DNA from: Acanthaster planci
Taxonomy: Eukaryota
DNA length: 64,000 bases
Direction of reading: 5' to 3'
NCBI RefSeq assembly: GCF_001949145.1
Contig: NW_019091362.1
Coordinates: forward strand, 1,061,838-1,125,837
Shown one piece after another: positions 42,545 to 56,528 of this stretch. The translations under genes and the position numbers were made by a program. The notes under the pieces were generated by a model. The model saw only the letters and a program-made list of their open reading frames with translations. It ran no database searches and was not told the origin of the DNA. Numbering within the stretch: the stretch's first letter is position 1; every line of letters starts with the position of its first letter.

Positions 42545-45500
42545 GCAAACTTTGCAGTATTTTTGAAGGAAGTAGGAAAAAAACTATTTGAAAGTACTGT
42601 GTAATTAACCTTTTAAGGCACGTTTGGATTTTTGAATCCCATGAATGGAAATTTTAATGAAATTTTTAAAGAATCTTGGGTATTTTTATAACTGAGGACA
42701 ACTTGTACAGAGTACATCAAGAACTTATGTATCAAAATTGATAACTGTTTCCCTTCATTGTTGTGAAAGGACTTCCATGTTTTGTATTTAAACAACTACC
42801 AGGTGTAAGTCCGCAGATTAGTACAAATAATTTAAACAAAGTGTTTTCTCTTGCCAAAAATGCCCCATTTAATATTTCTACAGACACTAACAAAACACAA
42901 CATTAGATGCAAGGACTTAACTGAGCCTCTGTTCCTGTCCGTCATAGGAATTTTTTATTGAATTTATTCAGGTTGGCATCATTATGTTGACCCAAGTAAC
43001 ATGCTCACATAAATCTTTCCCATTGTCATGTGAAACGTTTACATTCCTCACATTGGACTCTTTAGCTAACCTTTCATGTCTAGGGTTGTCCTCTTTTAAC
43101 TGAACTTAAAAAAAACACAGTAACCAAGCTTTCTTGCGTTATGCCAAGACACCAAAAGGTTAGGCATATGGGCTGGTAAACAAATAAATCATGGATGTGG
43201 GGTACGGAAAAAGTCAACACGTGATGAGATGCACGACCCATGGGAACAGTACTCTACATCACCGAATGTCATCACGGCTGTCTGGTCAGGAGCACACGTG
43301 GCACGGTCTATAGGGAAATGAACATGAATGTGAGAAGACAGCGAGAGGTCATTGATCGATTGTCAGGGAGTCATATTCACGATCACATGGTCATGATTTA
43401 TTACAGAGGGTGCCAGTTTTTAATTTCACATTCAGATGGCATTACGAATGATGCGTCTCAAATGTCCACATCCGTGAATGATTCCCCAAAGTGGGGCTTG
43501 ACAATTGACGGAAAAATTTGGTTGAGATGTAGATTTTTTTTAAACATAATTTCGGTATTTCATTGGTAACTTACTTAGTACAGCCACTCAAGTGGTGTCT
43601 GCATCTCAAATGTGCATGAGGGGATTTGGCAGATCAAAATTACTTTGAAGACGTTGAGCTGTTATTTTGACATTTCCTGCAGATTGTCCCCTCGATGACA
43701 TCAGTAATGAAATGAAAAAGAAATGGTGCCCACTGGAAAGGTTCCATTGTTTCTGCACTTAAATTTTTGTGACCCGTTGTATAAGCAGCAAGTTATGTTT
43801 CAGTATCACTATCTCTGTCTTGTTTTTATTGGTATCTTTAAGCTCCTTTGCACAGTTCACAAGTGTTTATCAAAGATATCTAACTAACATCAACAGAGTA
43901 ATTATTTATCCTGACTGACTGGCTGGCTGACTGCACTTTTCCATACTCCCACAGTATTATTTTGATAAAAACAGTGCCGGTGTCCCCTCATTCACCAAAC
44001 ACATGTGCACTCATTCACAGTGTTCAGGTGTCGGTTGACAGTACATGTTTTCTACTTTCATGTCATGCATTCATGTACGTATACGTTGCAGTACATGTAT
44101 ACCTGAGTAGGCATTCACCACATTCAAGTTCCTTTGCTAGGGAAATTGGAATCGAGTTGTGAGGACATTCCTGAGTCCCGACAACATTTTCGGCCCCCAC
44201 AAATGATGTAGGTGAAATATCGAGTGTATGTCCCCACAGCTACCTTGCAGGAGTAAGTGTACACGTACACTGAAAAAAAAAAGGGTTGGCCCGGTTTGAA
44301 GGGACAGATGCCTTTTTATAATTGGAAGAAATGAAAGATTCTCCTTGATATTGTGTCATACAATTGAAGAAGTGGAATTCTCGGGAATGTTTTCTCATGC
44401 GTAGTTGTTTAACATTATTCCTGAGCATTATTTGCCATCTGTTCATTTTTGCTCATGTGTGTAACATTACAATGTTCCATGAGCTGGCTTTATATCTCAA
44501 GGCTGAATGAATTGAACATTTATAACCCTAAAATTCAGAAATGATCAGTTTCAAGTATGTCGTGAAAAATCTTGGTGACTTATGATATGTCTTGCTTTAC
44601 ACGTCATTTGAAACCTTTTTCCCATCCCAATTGAGAATATGGTCGAACCTTGTTAATAAGAGGTCCTTCAGACTTGGCAAATTACATTGTTCTAACAGGA
44701 ACCTTGTATTATCAGCAATGAAAACAATGGAAAACAAAGGATTGGGACCAAAGATTTTCTTTGTGATAAGTGCTCTTATTAACGAGGTTCGACTGCAATT
44801 ATTTTCCTTTATCAACAAAAGCTTGACCGGGCTGTAACTTTGCTTTGAGTGCCATAAACAGACATCAGGAAACCAACCAACCACAATTATTCTTTAAAAA
44901 GCATAGTAATGACTCTTAACTGCCTGTGAAGTTAGACCTTGTGGTTGTGGGGTGCAGTCATTTTGAAGAAAATGATAAAAGGGTGACATATTTTTTGGAA
45001 ATTTCCACAAATGTTAGTCCTATTTGTTCTGGCTTGTAATTGAGGGGGAAGGTAAATTGCTGTAGCAAACGCATTGGGAGGAGTTACATTTGCTTTAGTA
45101 CCGAGATCATGTCACCATGACATTGCACAGGTGTAGTCATAGAACCAAATGCTACTGTGTCACAAGAGGGCTTACAATGATGGAAACACGTACATGTACC
45201 GGTACTTAAATTGGACACAGCAACTTTTGAATCAAGTTATGAGACCTCAAAAATGTTCGTCATGTTTCTCCAAACAGGAACTACTTTGTACATGTATTTA
45301 ACACAATTGTAAATCTTGTTTGGTTAAGTACCTGTCTTCAGATTTTGAGCAATTTTATTGCGTCCAACAAAAACACATAAACAGAAGGTTTCCTTAACCT
45401 TTAAGCTACTGTTCTGCTGTTTAACCCTTTGAAGTCCATGCAGAAATGTTCCTCTTGAGTGAAAGGTCTCATTGGAAAAGTCTCATTGTAAAATAGCCAA

Positions 45501-46679
45501 AATCTTACTTATATGGAGCAGTCATGTTAATCCCCAAATATGCAACTGAGTACTTCGCTTCATCTAACTTAAGTATAGAAAGTGCTTCAATATCACAAGT
45601 CCATTAGAAAAGTAATGAAATTCACATTCTGCAGTGTTATTTTTTAAAAAACTTAGATTTAGTACTAATAACAGGTGGGAATTAAGTCTTCAGTCCAGGA
45701 AATCCACTGCCTCACATGTTACAGAGTACATACAGGACTTGAAATATGAACTTGTAGATATATTTTTCATCCCTTTAAACTCAAATTAAAAATCTTTTGG
45801 CTGAAATATGGTGACAATCTGCAAAAGTCCATTCCAGTTGTCACATAGGCAGTCATAACAAAAACCCCAGCGGGGAGCAAGTATTTGTTGTTTTGGTGTC
45901 CCCGGGTCTTTCATAGGGAGCTCCAATGTGCTTTATGTGTCCTATGGGCTGAAAGGGGGGGTGGGCTGACGATAGAATAGGCTCCCTGGCAGCATGGCAG
46001 GCTGCATGTTTATGTGTCTAACCTAACCTCTTGCACATGGCTGACTTGGCCAGGCTCAATGTTATGCAATATGACAGCGTGATTGAGAGGATTGCGTCAG
46101 TGCTCCTTGCCTAGGTCAGCATTTGTAAGATGCTACATCCAACAATACTGGGGCATTGTTGATGATACTCTTGGACATGTAGAAATATTGGAGAAACGAA
46201 TCATTTAAGAACGAGTTTGGTTGTCCAGAGTTACACGTATGAGGTATGTCCATGGACATGTACATCTATATTGACACTGACTTGTGTCTTTACTGTTTGT
46301 TACAGAGAAATAAAGTAGAATACCCTGTACATTGTATTTGTATTCTGTTTATCGAAAGATAATGACATCGTACAGGTTGTACTTCGCTCCTTCCACAAGG
46401 CAACTTTACTTTTCTTTGGATCGTGTATTTCAGAGTGAGATAATGATCAGGAGAGACTCGCTGATGTTTCCAATCTGTCATTTTATTGCATATCAAGGAA
46501 CTGCATTTCCAGATACACAGGCAACAATTACTAGTACTAATGTGAGATCTGACTGATTCCCCATGCCTGCCGATGACTAGTATGGTAGATTTGGCTTCGC
46601 AGGAAACAAACTTAAAATTTTGTGTTTCAATAGCTGGTAACCAGTTAGATACACAAGCATTCTGACTTTTCATTAGTTT

Positions 46680-47250
46680 CTAGCATTCTGACTAGTCACC
46701 AGCGAGCAACACTCTTGCTAGTCATGGGTGAGTAGAGTTCTAGCTAGTCACCGATGAATAGCATTCTGGCTAGNNNNNNNNNNNNNNNNNNNNNNNNNNN
46801 NNNNNNNNNNNNNNNNNNNNNNNNNNNNNNNNNNNNNNNNNNNNNNNNNNNNNNNNNNNNNNNNNNNNNNNNNNNNNNNNNNNNNNNNNNNNNNNNNNNN
46901 NNNNNNNNNNNNNNNNNNNNNNNNNNNNNNNNNNNNNNNNNNNNNNNNNNNNNNNNNNNNNNNNNNNNNNNNNNNNNNNNNNNNNNNNNNNNNNNNNNNN
47001 NNNNNNNNNNNNNNNNNNNNNNNNNNNNNNNNNNNNNNNNNNNNNNNNNNNNNNNNNNNNNNNNNNNNNNNNNNNNNNNNNNNNNNNNNNNNNNNNNNNN
47101 NNNNNNNNNNNNCTAGTGAGTAGCGTTGTGACTCCTCAGCGATAAGTACTAATCTAGGTAGTCACCGGTGAGTAGCATTCCGACTCCTCACCGATGAGTA
47201 GTATTCTAGCTAGTCACCAGTGAGTAGCATTCTGCCTACTCAGTGAATAG
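46680..47250. repeat. Roughly 26-bp minisatellite (tagcattctgactagtcaccagtgag-like) spanning a gap
   Basis: Degenerate units on both sides of the N run at 46774-47112. Confidence 0.85.
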
Positions 47251-47402
47251 AATTTTAGCTTGTAGTCTGTTTAATATACTTTGCACAGATCAGCTTGGCG
47301 CTTGTATTGCATTGCATCTGTTTGCTGTCACTCAGTGCATTCAGGCCAGGAACTATTCCTTCAAAATAACATTTCCTTTTTATTTTCTTCTGTCTTTTAT
47401 AG

Positions 47403-47588
47403 CCTGAAGAAACATCGATGAACTTAGATAAGTCAGATACCAACCTCACCCTGTTTGGCTATGTGACGGACATGTCCTCCAAAGCCATAATCATGGTGGT
47501 GGATTTTGCCAAGAAACTACCCGGGTTCCTGGGCTTAACCACCCAGGACCAGATCACATTACTCAAGGCAGCGTGCCTGGAAATCATG
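47403..47588 (+). CDS. RAR: RAR exon: LBD helices 3-5
   Basis: PEETSMNLDKSDTNLTLFGYVTDMSSKAIIMVVDFAKKLPGFLGLTTQDQITLLKAACLEIM; long pyrimidine tract ending in tag, donor gtaagg. Confidence 0.96.
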
Positions 47589-48229
47589 GTAAGGGGTCCA
47601 GCAGGCAAGCATCTGTGGTATTCCAGTGCTAAGACATAACCCCAACCCTTAGTTCTGTGAGGTGTTTTTGCTACTTACCTCGATGGAATTGAGACGTCTG
47701 ACATGATAAGTACAGTCCCAAGTCCAATTTCAAATGCTGCAACATCAGGCTTGTATTTGAGCTTATCACTAGTCCAGTCAGAAGTCCTTTCACAAAGTAG
47801 CGGGGTGCGCAGTGACCGGGGAATGCTTTGGTCGCAGTTCACTTGAACAGCATGTGACTCAGCTCAAGACTGGATGACTTGTATGGGACAGGGACTCATA
47901 ATGGATTCAGCTACAGCCCTTGACAAAATCCAGGAGTAAACCTGTGATGGCTTGAGGTTGGATTTAAAAAATATTTTCCCGTCCTTGTGCTCCTGATTTA
48001 GCAGTGTCAGCTAAGTTCAAGTCTCTTGCCCTTTTCATTCCAAGCAAATTGAATTAATCAATGCACACATAAATGACGAATGAGGCCGAATTTCCCTCAG
48101 CCCCTGTGACTTTATAATTTCCGAGTCTTTATAAGAGATCGCAGTTAATGGGGGGGGGAGCAGTAGTTCTGGGAACCTTGTACCCCAGCTCTGCTGAATA
48201 ATCATCGCGCAGCAATTACTGTGAGTATC

Positions 48230-48383
48230 TAATGCTCTTAGATACTCAACTTTAGCCGTACAGCCAATTCCAAGAGACTAGATGGAGCCTTCTTCTGGCT
48301 TTAAGCATGTGAGAGACTATGGGTAGGATGTTTGGGTCGTACCTGTATCGTGCAAGTGGCTTAAAACCAAAAAGCTGTGAGCA
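48230..48383 (+). repeat. 154-bp direct repeat, copy 1 (intron upstream of LBD exon 48623-48827)
   Basis: Identical by eye to 48964-49117. Confidence 0.95.
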
Positions 48384-48622
48384 AGAAACGACATGATTCT
48401 TTTGCCATTATAGGGACCCTGGATTGCAATGTGATTTTTTTTTTTTTTTTTTTTTGCTTTGATTGGTTTGTTCTTGATGCCGTTAAAGATCGTGGCAGAA
48501 AGAAATTCATGCACTGTTTTTATAAGCTGGGCAGTTTCCATGGAAAGTCACAGGCCTGGCATCTACTGCCCACACCTGACTTACTTTGCTTAGCATCCTG
48601 CTTGTGCTCCCCCCCCCACCAG

Positions 48623-48827
48623 ATTCTCAGGATTTGCTCCCGTTTCAACACGGAAGACGGCAGCGTCACCTTCACCAGTGGCCTTAAGCTCAGCCACCAC
48701 CAGTTGAAGAGCGGTGGTTTCGGTGGGCTGCTGGAGCCCATCCTGCAGTTTGCCTTGGCACTCTCCAAGCTCAAGATTGACGAGACGGAGGTGTCCTTGC
48801 TCTCTGCTATATGTCTCATCAGTGGAG
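48623..48827 (+). CDS. RAR: RAR exon: LBD H5, beta-turn, H6-H8 (205 bp)
   Basis: ILRICSRFNTEDGSVTFTSGLKL...GGFGGLL...DETEVSLLSAICLISG; acceptor cccccaccag, donor gtaaaa, phase 1. Confidence 0.96.
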
Positions 48828-48963
48828 GTAAAAAAATATGGGAAAGGAAATTATCCATTTACTCTTTGTAGCTGTTTGATCCTCAGTTGGGCAAGATATT
48901 TCCATAGTCACAGACGCGATATACTTTTAGTCTGCTTCTAAAAGTCTTGGCATCAACCAAAAA

Positions 48964-49117
48964 TAATGCTCTTAGATACTCAACTTTAGCCGTACAGCCA
49001 ATTCCAAGAGACTAGATGGAGCCTTCTTCTGGCTTTAAGCATGTGAGAGACTATGGGTAGGATGTTTGGGTCGTACCTGTATCGTGCAAGTGGCTTAAAA
49101 CCAAAAAGCTGTGAGCA
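48964..49117 (+). repeat. 154-bp direct repeat, copy 2 (intron downstream of the same exon)
   Basis: Identical by eye to 48230-48383. Confidence 0.95.
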
Positions 49118-49662
49118 GAAATGGCTGATTGTAGGTACATGTACTTTGATGTTGATTTGGACATGGTCAAGTGTTTTGGTCAGCTTGATCCTGTTTAAGT
49201 GTCCTGTTCAGTTGGGTACAGTGGGGTTTTTTGTTCATTTTATTGTGGTTGTATTGATACAGATCCAGATGTTCATTTTTTTGAGTGTTTTTCTTTTCGG
49301 GGGATGACTCATTTTAGTATTTTCTATGGACTTTGTGTCCTCGACTGATTCACAACTAAACTTGGAGTTAGGCTGGTTGCACAAAATGACAGACTAAACA
49401 GAATTCTCTGAGGTACATGTATGTTCAAAAATCATTCAGTTTCTTCTTGTCAAGGTTGGGAATTCATACTGGTATTAGATAAGCGGACACAAATATTACT
49501 TCGGAGGTTTATGTGTTCAGCAAAGATCAGTGGAACTTTCTTGTTGTAGGAAATGTGCATCACGTGACGCTGTGACTTCTGACTTGTTTTGGCAGAGCAA
49601 GTGTGTACTCTGGTCGATTGTTTATCACAGCTGTTGCCACTGATATCTGTCTTACCAAACAG

Positions 49663-49821
49663 ATCGCTCCGGCTTGGAGAATCCAGTTGAAATTGAGAAA
49701 CTTCAGGAACCCCTTCTGGAAGGCCTGCGACTCTACGTCAAGAAACGCCGCCCCCTGGAACCCCACATCTTTGCAAAAATTCTAATGAAGATCACCGACT
49801 TGCGGAGCATCAGTGTGAAGA
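49663..49821 (+). CDS. RAR: RAR exon: LBD H9-H10/11 (159 bp)
   Basis: [53 protein letters not shown] translated by hand (this frame is absent from the ORF track); donor gtaagt, phase 1. Confidence 0.96.
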
Positions 49822-50272
49822 GTAAGTACAGTTCCAGTTGAAGGTTGTTTGGGAAAACTTTTTTGGAACATTTGGTACCAATGACTCAGTGGAATCCTCG
49901 GCCGTAAAGTTGAATTCTTCATAATTAAGATTCTATTTATCCCAACCTTTAAATCTTGTTGTTTGTCATTGTAAAAGATACTTTATTCGCACCACTGTGG
50001 GGTGAAACAGATTCTTGTAAAGGTAGAGATAGTTGTTAATTCTCTTTCCTTCGAGGTACTATCATTCAAATGTTTACACCTTAGAAAACAGAACTTGGCC
50101 TGAGAAAATCTTCATAGGCCAACGAGCAGCACCTTTATTGATACGTGCCCCTTATGTAGCCATATTTTTTCATCTTGCCATTTCTGGTGAATTGGCTCAG
50201 TAATCCCCTTCTAGCTCTTTAAGTATTATCTGGGCATGGTTGTGTAACTTCTTCCATGTGTATCCCAAATAG

Positions 50273-50364
50273 GTGCAGAGAGAGTGCTTAACCTCAAGCT
50301 AGAATTACCCAACAAATTCCCGGCCCTCATCAATGAAATGATCGACAGAGCTGACAACCAGTGA
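50273..50364 (+). CDS. RAR: RAR last coding exon: H11-H12 (AF-2) and stop
   Basis: (S)AERVLNLKLELPNKFPALINEMIDRADNQ-TGA aligns with vertebrate [25 protein letters not shown]. Confidence 0.95.
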
Positions 50365-53300
50365 AAAGACAGGACAGCTGATGGTGCATGGAATAAGCCA
50401 ATAAGATCCACTCAAACTTCTTAGATACGAAGATTTGTTTGAAGAGTTCGAATGCAAGTTTCCCAAGGAAGTGAGCAAACAAAGAGGAATTTTAAACACC
50501 TTAACAACTGCTGGAAGAACTTTTTGGAATCACGTATAGTTTGTTTGTTCAGTATTTAAGTACCCTCCGCATTGTACGCAATCATTTTATTTTACGGGAC
50601 CGCCCAAGGAAAGAGTTTTGTGCTAAATGACTTGTAATGAATCCCTTATGTGTGAATGTGTAGATTCTCCGACCACATAACCTGTCTGTAATGAAACAGC
50701 CAATCAGCTGGCATATTAGGGGATTTCTAAGTGCTTCAGTAACATCACACTTGTTTTTAATGAAATATGTTGGCATGTCTGAGTGTTCATGATGGAGGTC
50801 AAATTCCTGATTCTGGTTCAGATTACAAAAATCAAGACGTGCCCAGTTTAGTTGCCAGGAAGTTTTTAAGAACTGAAATTTGTTTGAAAATGCAAAAGAG
50901 ATCTGTTTTAAAAACAGGTGAACATCTTCATTGACACTTTCTTTATTGATGATTTGCATGGATACTTGACTAAAAGTCGCCATTTATTGAGTGCACTAAA
51001 GTGGTTTTATTTTGTGATTTATTGTACATTTTTTCAGCTCTGAAGTGGGCAAGAAAAAAAAAAAAAGGAGTGAAATTCAGATTGGAAGGTTGTGACCTGT
51101 TGCGACAAGTGCTTGGGTTGGATTGATTCACAAGAGATGAGGGGAACAAAAAGATGTTGAGCACATAAACCCTACCCCGCTTGAAGCTAACTCTGAAAGT
51201 CTATTTCTACACATTAGCTTCTTAAATGCTTAAATGTGTGTTTTCATAGTGTATATAATAGTTCATATTAAGTATGTATAGATTGCAGACATGCCTATTG
51301 AGCGCATATGCGTACTTAAGAAGTATGCATCAAGATGTGACCATGTGGTGTGAAGACTGGACACTGCGTGTGGATATGTTCACAGGCCATGCACAGACTT
51401 CATCCCGAACCAAAGTAGTCTTTAAAATGTAATTTATAGCATTTGTATTTCCTGAGGGATTCCAACAGTTCATAGATTTGGTGATTTGACTGGATCGTGT
51501 ATCTGATAGGCAGATATTGAGGATTTGTGTGCTATCTGCACTGAAGACAAAATGTCCTTGTACAGAGGCACGTACTAAAAGTGTTTCCCCGTGACTTTAA
51601 CCTTTCACCACTTGGAGCCTCTCAGAAAAGTGCATTGTTCCCTGCCCGAGCATTTTGGATGTGTTGAAAGTTAGGGGCCAGGCAGGTCGCTGTTTGGTTT
51701 AAAAACCCCTTTTTTAGGAGTGGTCCCGTGCACGTCAGCCTCTTCAGCGGGTGCTGTATGGACATGATCGAAGGGGGTAGCACATTTTGATGGTTCCGTG
51801 CGTAACCGGATTGTGTACCAATGGCACCTGCTGCTGTGGGCATGTGAATCATGTGCAGTAATCCCACACAGTTAAAAGATTTCCTCGTTTCTCTGATTGT
51901 GTAACAGCTCATCTTGTGTTCCCCCCCCTCCCTGTTTGCTGTCAGCTTGGAGCTTTTGAAGCAGCTGTGCTGGTTTGAATCCTTGAAGCTAATGTAGGCA
52001 TTGAAGTGACTGAACTGTGAATGCATCCTTGTGCTGTTGCATTTATTACTTGGCAAGCCACTGTGACATTTCATTAAAAATTTAGGAATCTCATTCCAGC
52101 AGATCTTGCAAATGCATATGATGAACGTGCCACGAACATGTACATAGGTTGCCCTATTTAAGACCATCCAACCACATGATCGCTGCACGTTCACAGTCCT
52201 CCAGTCATACAAGACTGTTCCAGATATTCTGCAGAATAGCCAGCTTGATACCTCTGTTATTCCTGAGGGCCCCAGCGTGTGGGGTTGTTGTGTGTGGGTT
52301 GGTCCATATTTGACCTTGATTTCCATACATAGCCATGACTTCCTGAGCAGACGGGAGACATTTTAGAGTGTCCATTATTTACCTGAGCTTGGTTCCACTC
52401 CTGTCATGTTAGAGATGCACTAGGTTTTGTGCATATTCCGCTGGAAACCAGTTGCTTAAACTGAGCACCATTCACTTACACAAAAGTGTGCGTGCATTTG
52501 CTAGCTTCTCATTTGGCTTTTGCTAGTATCCAGCCAAGTGCTGTAAACATGAGTTACAAGTCACCGGAGCCACTTTTAAGTTTTACTCTATTTTGGATTG
52601 AGGAATTTAACTCATTGCTCAGTTTATGATGAAAATAAACATTGTGTAGATATTAAAATGTTTGGTATTCCTGTTTCTTAAACACTGTGCAAGATGCTTT
52701 CAAAGGCCTTTAATTCAAAAGTGGCTCTGGGAGCATGTCAACTCATTTTTGCAGAGGGGGTCACAGTTATCCTACATGTACTGTGAATGTTACTCAAGCA
52801 CAAAGTGTACTGGCTTTGGAGGGAGCTGATGTTGATTACATGTGAACACCTGAAATTTCTTCATGTTTGGTGACCTTTGCTGCATTGAGCTCTTCCAGTT
52901 CATTTTTTTAAATGAACATCTGAATCCAGCCTCAAGTGCCACCTTAAAAAGCCCAGTAATTGATTGCCTCTATATTCATAGAAACATCTCTTAGCTCAAA
53001 CTGTGCTGGCTTTTTAAAGAGAGAACCCAAAATGCAAAGCTATCAATTTGAAATCATGAGATACATGCAATTGTAAACCACCTCAGCCTTTGACATGGCT
53101 CAAGTTGTTGGTAGCCAGTAATTTTACTCGTTCACATTCAAGTTGGGTGCCAGACAAGTGTCAATTAGTCAGGGTTTATGGCGGTCATCATGTCTTAGTA
53201 TTCCTGAGGATTAGGATATCCTGTGCTTCTTTGTTTTGTATGAATGAAGTTTTTATATAGTGTGGGCCAGGACCTGTGTGTTAAAAAAAAGATTGAATTT

Positions 53301-55740
53301 TGGAGTTTTCAAGTTTCATAAAATTCCCCCTAAATTACACAACTCACCAAATGTCTTTGGATTCAAAATCATCAAATTTAAGAAGCCCCTGGATTGAAAA
53401 ATCCTGTCTCGTTTGATCACTGTGTTGTTTGATCCATTGTTATTCACATGTCTATTCTTCCGTTTGGGATTCCTTGTTTTGGTGTCTTTTTTGCCGGTTT
53501 GTGCCACTAAAACCCTGATCAAATTAAAATTTCATCCAAGCAAGCTCCATGATCAAACTTTTCATTCTTTGTTACTGTAGACTGCTACTTTTTATGCTTG
53601 CTATTTTACCTGAAATTGTTTTAGAAGTGTTTGTGAACAATAGAATTATGGTAGTGTATCTTTTTGCTTCAGAACTGAAACAAATTGCCCAAATGTAGTA
53701 TTTAAAATATTTATGACCATACCACTAAGATCTTATTGAGAGATGTTCAAATGCACACTAGCTACATTGTCATGTCAAATGTACATGTACTGAGATCCAA
53801 GAGTTTTTAAATAATTCCCCTTTAAACATAAAGAAATACTACACAAATACAAATTTATATTTTAGAATCATGAAGCTGTACATTATTGTAAATTTTTTAG
53901 ATTTTTTTTTCTCTCTCTCTGTATTTTTCAGTCTCATTTGAAAAATGAGTGCCATATGTGATATGGAATCTTTGCCCCAAAGAGTGAATAGAGGTGAATC
54001 ATGTGCCATAAATCGCCATAGATACCAGGCTGTATTTTTCCCCCCACATTTAGTCAGTCCTTTCCATTTTTCTCTGGCTTAAAGCTTTCCTATTGTGATT
54101 TGTTTTCTCTTACAAAGTATTACTCTTAGTGATTTATGGAAATTGGATTTTTTTGTGAAAAGAAATGTAGTTTTTTAAAGTCGGACAACTATTTGAATTC
54201 TATGTTTTTGCGTAAAGCCAATTGTGTTTATTACATTTCCCACTAACTTGGTTTCTTTGCACCTAGAGCAGAACATTATTTTAGGGAAACAAAATCTCTA
54301 AATCACAAAAATAGTCCTGGATTTTTTGAGGGATGTGCTTCATTGGATTTGGATACGTTTCCTACATAAATGTGTACATTTGTATCTTCTTCTTTTTTTT
54401 TAGAGTGGCATGTAGACTAAACCAAGTTTGGTTTTGGGCAAAAATTATTGCCTAAAACCGGAAAGACTCCCGGATTTAATGATTCAGTCGAGTTTAAGAA
54501 GTGAGAAAGTACATTTTCTTTATTCCTTCCAAAAGCACAGACAGTTTGCTAGACTTTGATTGGTCTTTAATATCAACTTTTGTCCATTTAAGTGTATCTT
54601 TGAAAACCTATTGCTTTTTAGTTGGTTTATTTTGTTTTGCTATTGATTTTATTTTTGTTGCTGAAATAGTTGATCTTGATCGGTATTGATTTGAAATACT
54701 GATCTTTTTTTGCCTGGAAAGATTCTTATAAAAGTTATCTTTTTTCTGATAACAACTATACTTGCATAACATTTTAAATGTAAACTTGGCTCTAATGAAT
54801 AGGAAGGTTGAATGTCTTTTAAATGGCTCAGACTGAAAACAGTGACCTCTGTAACTTTTTAACTTTCACATTTGACACGTGAAGTAATTCTTTCCTTGTG
54901 ACATTTACTGCACACACACACAAAGCGAAAACAAAATAATTCAAATAGACTGTACATGTAACTGTATTTCTGAGGTTGAAAAGAAAAGGTACTGGCATCA
55001 TGAGGGTTGGAGTCCACTGTAAAATTTGTCATGGATTACAAAATCTGTTGAACAGTTCTACATAAGGGTGTATGTGTTTGTTGCATTTATTTTCATGTAA
55101 TTCCTTCATCGGTAACCAATGGAACACCATATCAAGACCCTGTCAAAGAGGGCACCAGTGGAGCATTTTTACTTCCACATAATTTTTTCATCAGTAACCA
55201 GTTGAATACAAGATTTTTTCCAACACTAAATTTTCTAAGCTGAAGATCCAACTACTGGGATATTTTTAAGGTAATCATAATTGAGAGAATTAAATTGTAA
55301 ATCAACCTTTGTTGAATGTGAGCATTGTCAGTGACAAATACAATGTTGAATTTAGTTGAATAAGGCTGATGTTTCATTGTTTCATTTATCTACTGTACAT
55401 GTATCCAGATAAACGGTCATGTAAAGTATGCCCTTTTCATCCTTTTCATATGAATGAAATCTACTCGTTTCTTGTGTCCCTACATTTGTTGAAGATACAG
55501 TGTTTTTGTCTTGATGAGGACGTTGTTTGAAAATCATGTCAATAAGTAATTGTACTTTCAAAATGAAAGTACTTTTTTTCTGATAAATGTCTAAAAACAA
55601 ATCATGCCAGAAATATTTTGAAGTCAGTTTGTGTGACAATACCTGATTATGCCATAGGCTTGTCTGTTTAGCATCCTTTACCTGCATGTACAAAGGCAAA
55701 AGATTACAAAAGAAATTACTAAATAATAAGTTTCTGATGA
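50365..55740 (+). other. Probable long RAR 3'UTR (end uncertain)
   Basis: AT/T-rich stretch after the stop with no recognisable interspersed repeats. AATAAA at about 52634; an A-rich aaataataag near 55721 is followed by GT/T-rich sequence. Confidence 0.35.
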
Positions 55741-56528
55741 GCTTGTAACTGGATTGTGTCCTTCTTTGGTTTATTTATTGACTGTTGTCTGTGGTGATGA
55801 TTTCAGAGTTTGAGGTGAAGGCTACGGAGAATCCAAGTACCTTGAACTTGTTCACTCTGTGATGTTGAGCTACAGGTGGATTTAGAGGGGGGGTTACATG
55901 TACTCCCCTATTCATTCCTCTTCAATTTTCCTCCATCCGCCCCCAAAATGGGACTGTCCACTTTGAAACTTTTTATTCCAGCTGACCTAAAGCCATTTGC
56001 TGTGGACTTAGTACAGAGTAGTGAAAAACAAAGTATGCAAATCAAAACAAACCTCCAAAGGTGATCCATGGAGCATTCTATTATAAATACACTGTAGATG
56101 TAGTGCTTTGGTGGCTATGGGTCAAGTAATTTTGGCTGTGCTCAGCAAGATAGCAATAGTAGTGAATGCAGTGTGACTACCTGTTGGCCAATCCAGAGAC
56201 ACATTCTGTGGATGAGATGTTATCGGCAGTGCCTCCCTGTGGATAAGTTTGATCAGGGCAATTTCGTCCACCACTAGTTGATTTTCCTTGGTACCAATTC
56301 ACAAAATACATTCTGGATACCAAGTAAAATTGACAAGTGGTTGAAAAACACTCACTGATCGAACTTGGCTATACACAAGATCGACTCTACAGTGCGATCA
56401 CATTATACATCATTGCCAGGTGATCTAGCGCCCCTCTTATTCACTTGAGTGTCTATGGTATCAATATTGTTAACGTAACAAACCCATGTCTTGCAGTGCT
56501 TTCTCCATGCTGTTTTTGACAGCCTTCA

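Noticed and set aside
49603..49785. ORF-track protein MYSGRLF... and the upstream AG at 49629-49630 as exon start
   Set aside because: Wrong frame. The RAR frame starts at 49663; the upstream AG would add 32 nt and break the frame.
51622..52326. 234-aa ORF antisense to the presumed RAR 3'UTR
   Set aside because: No recognisable motif, composition typical of non-coding translation, and no splice support seen.
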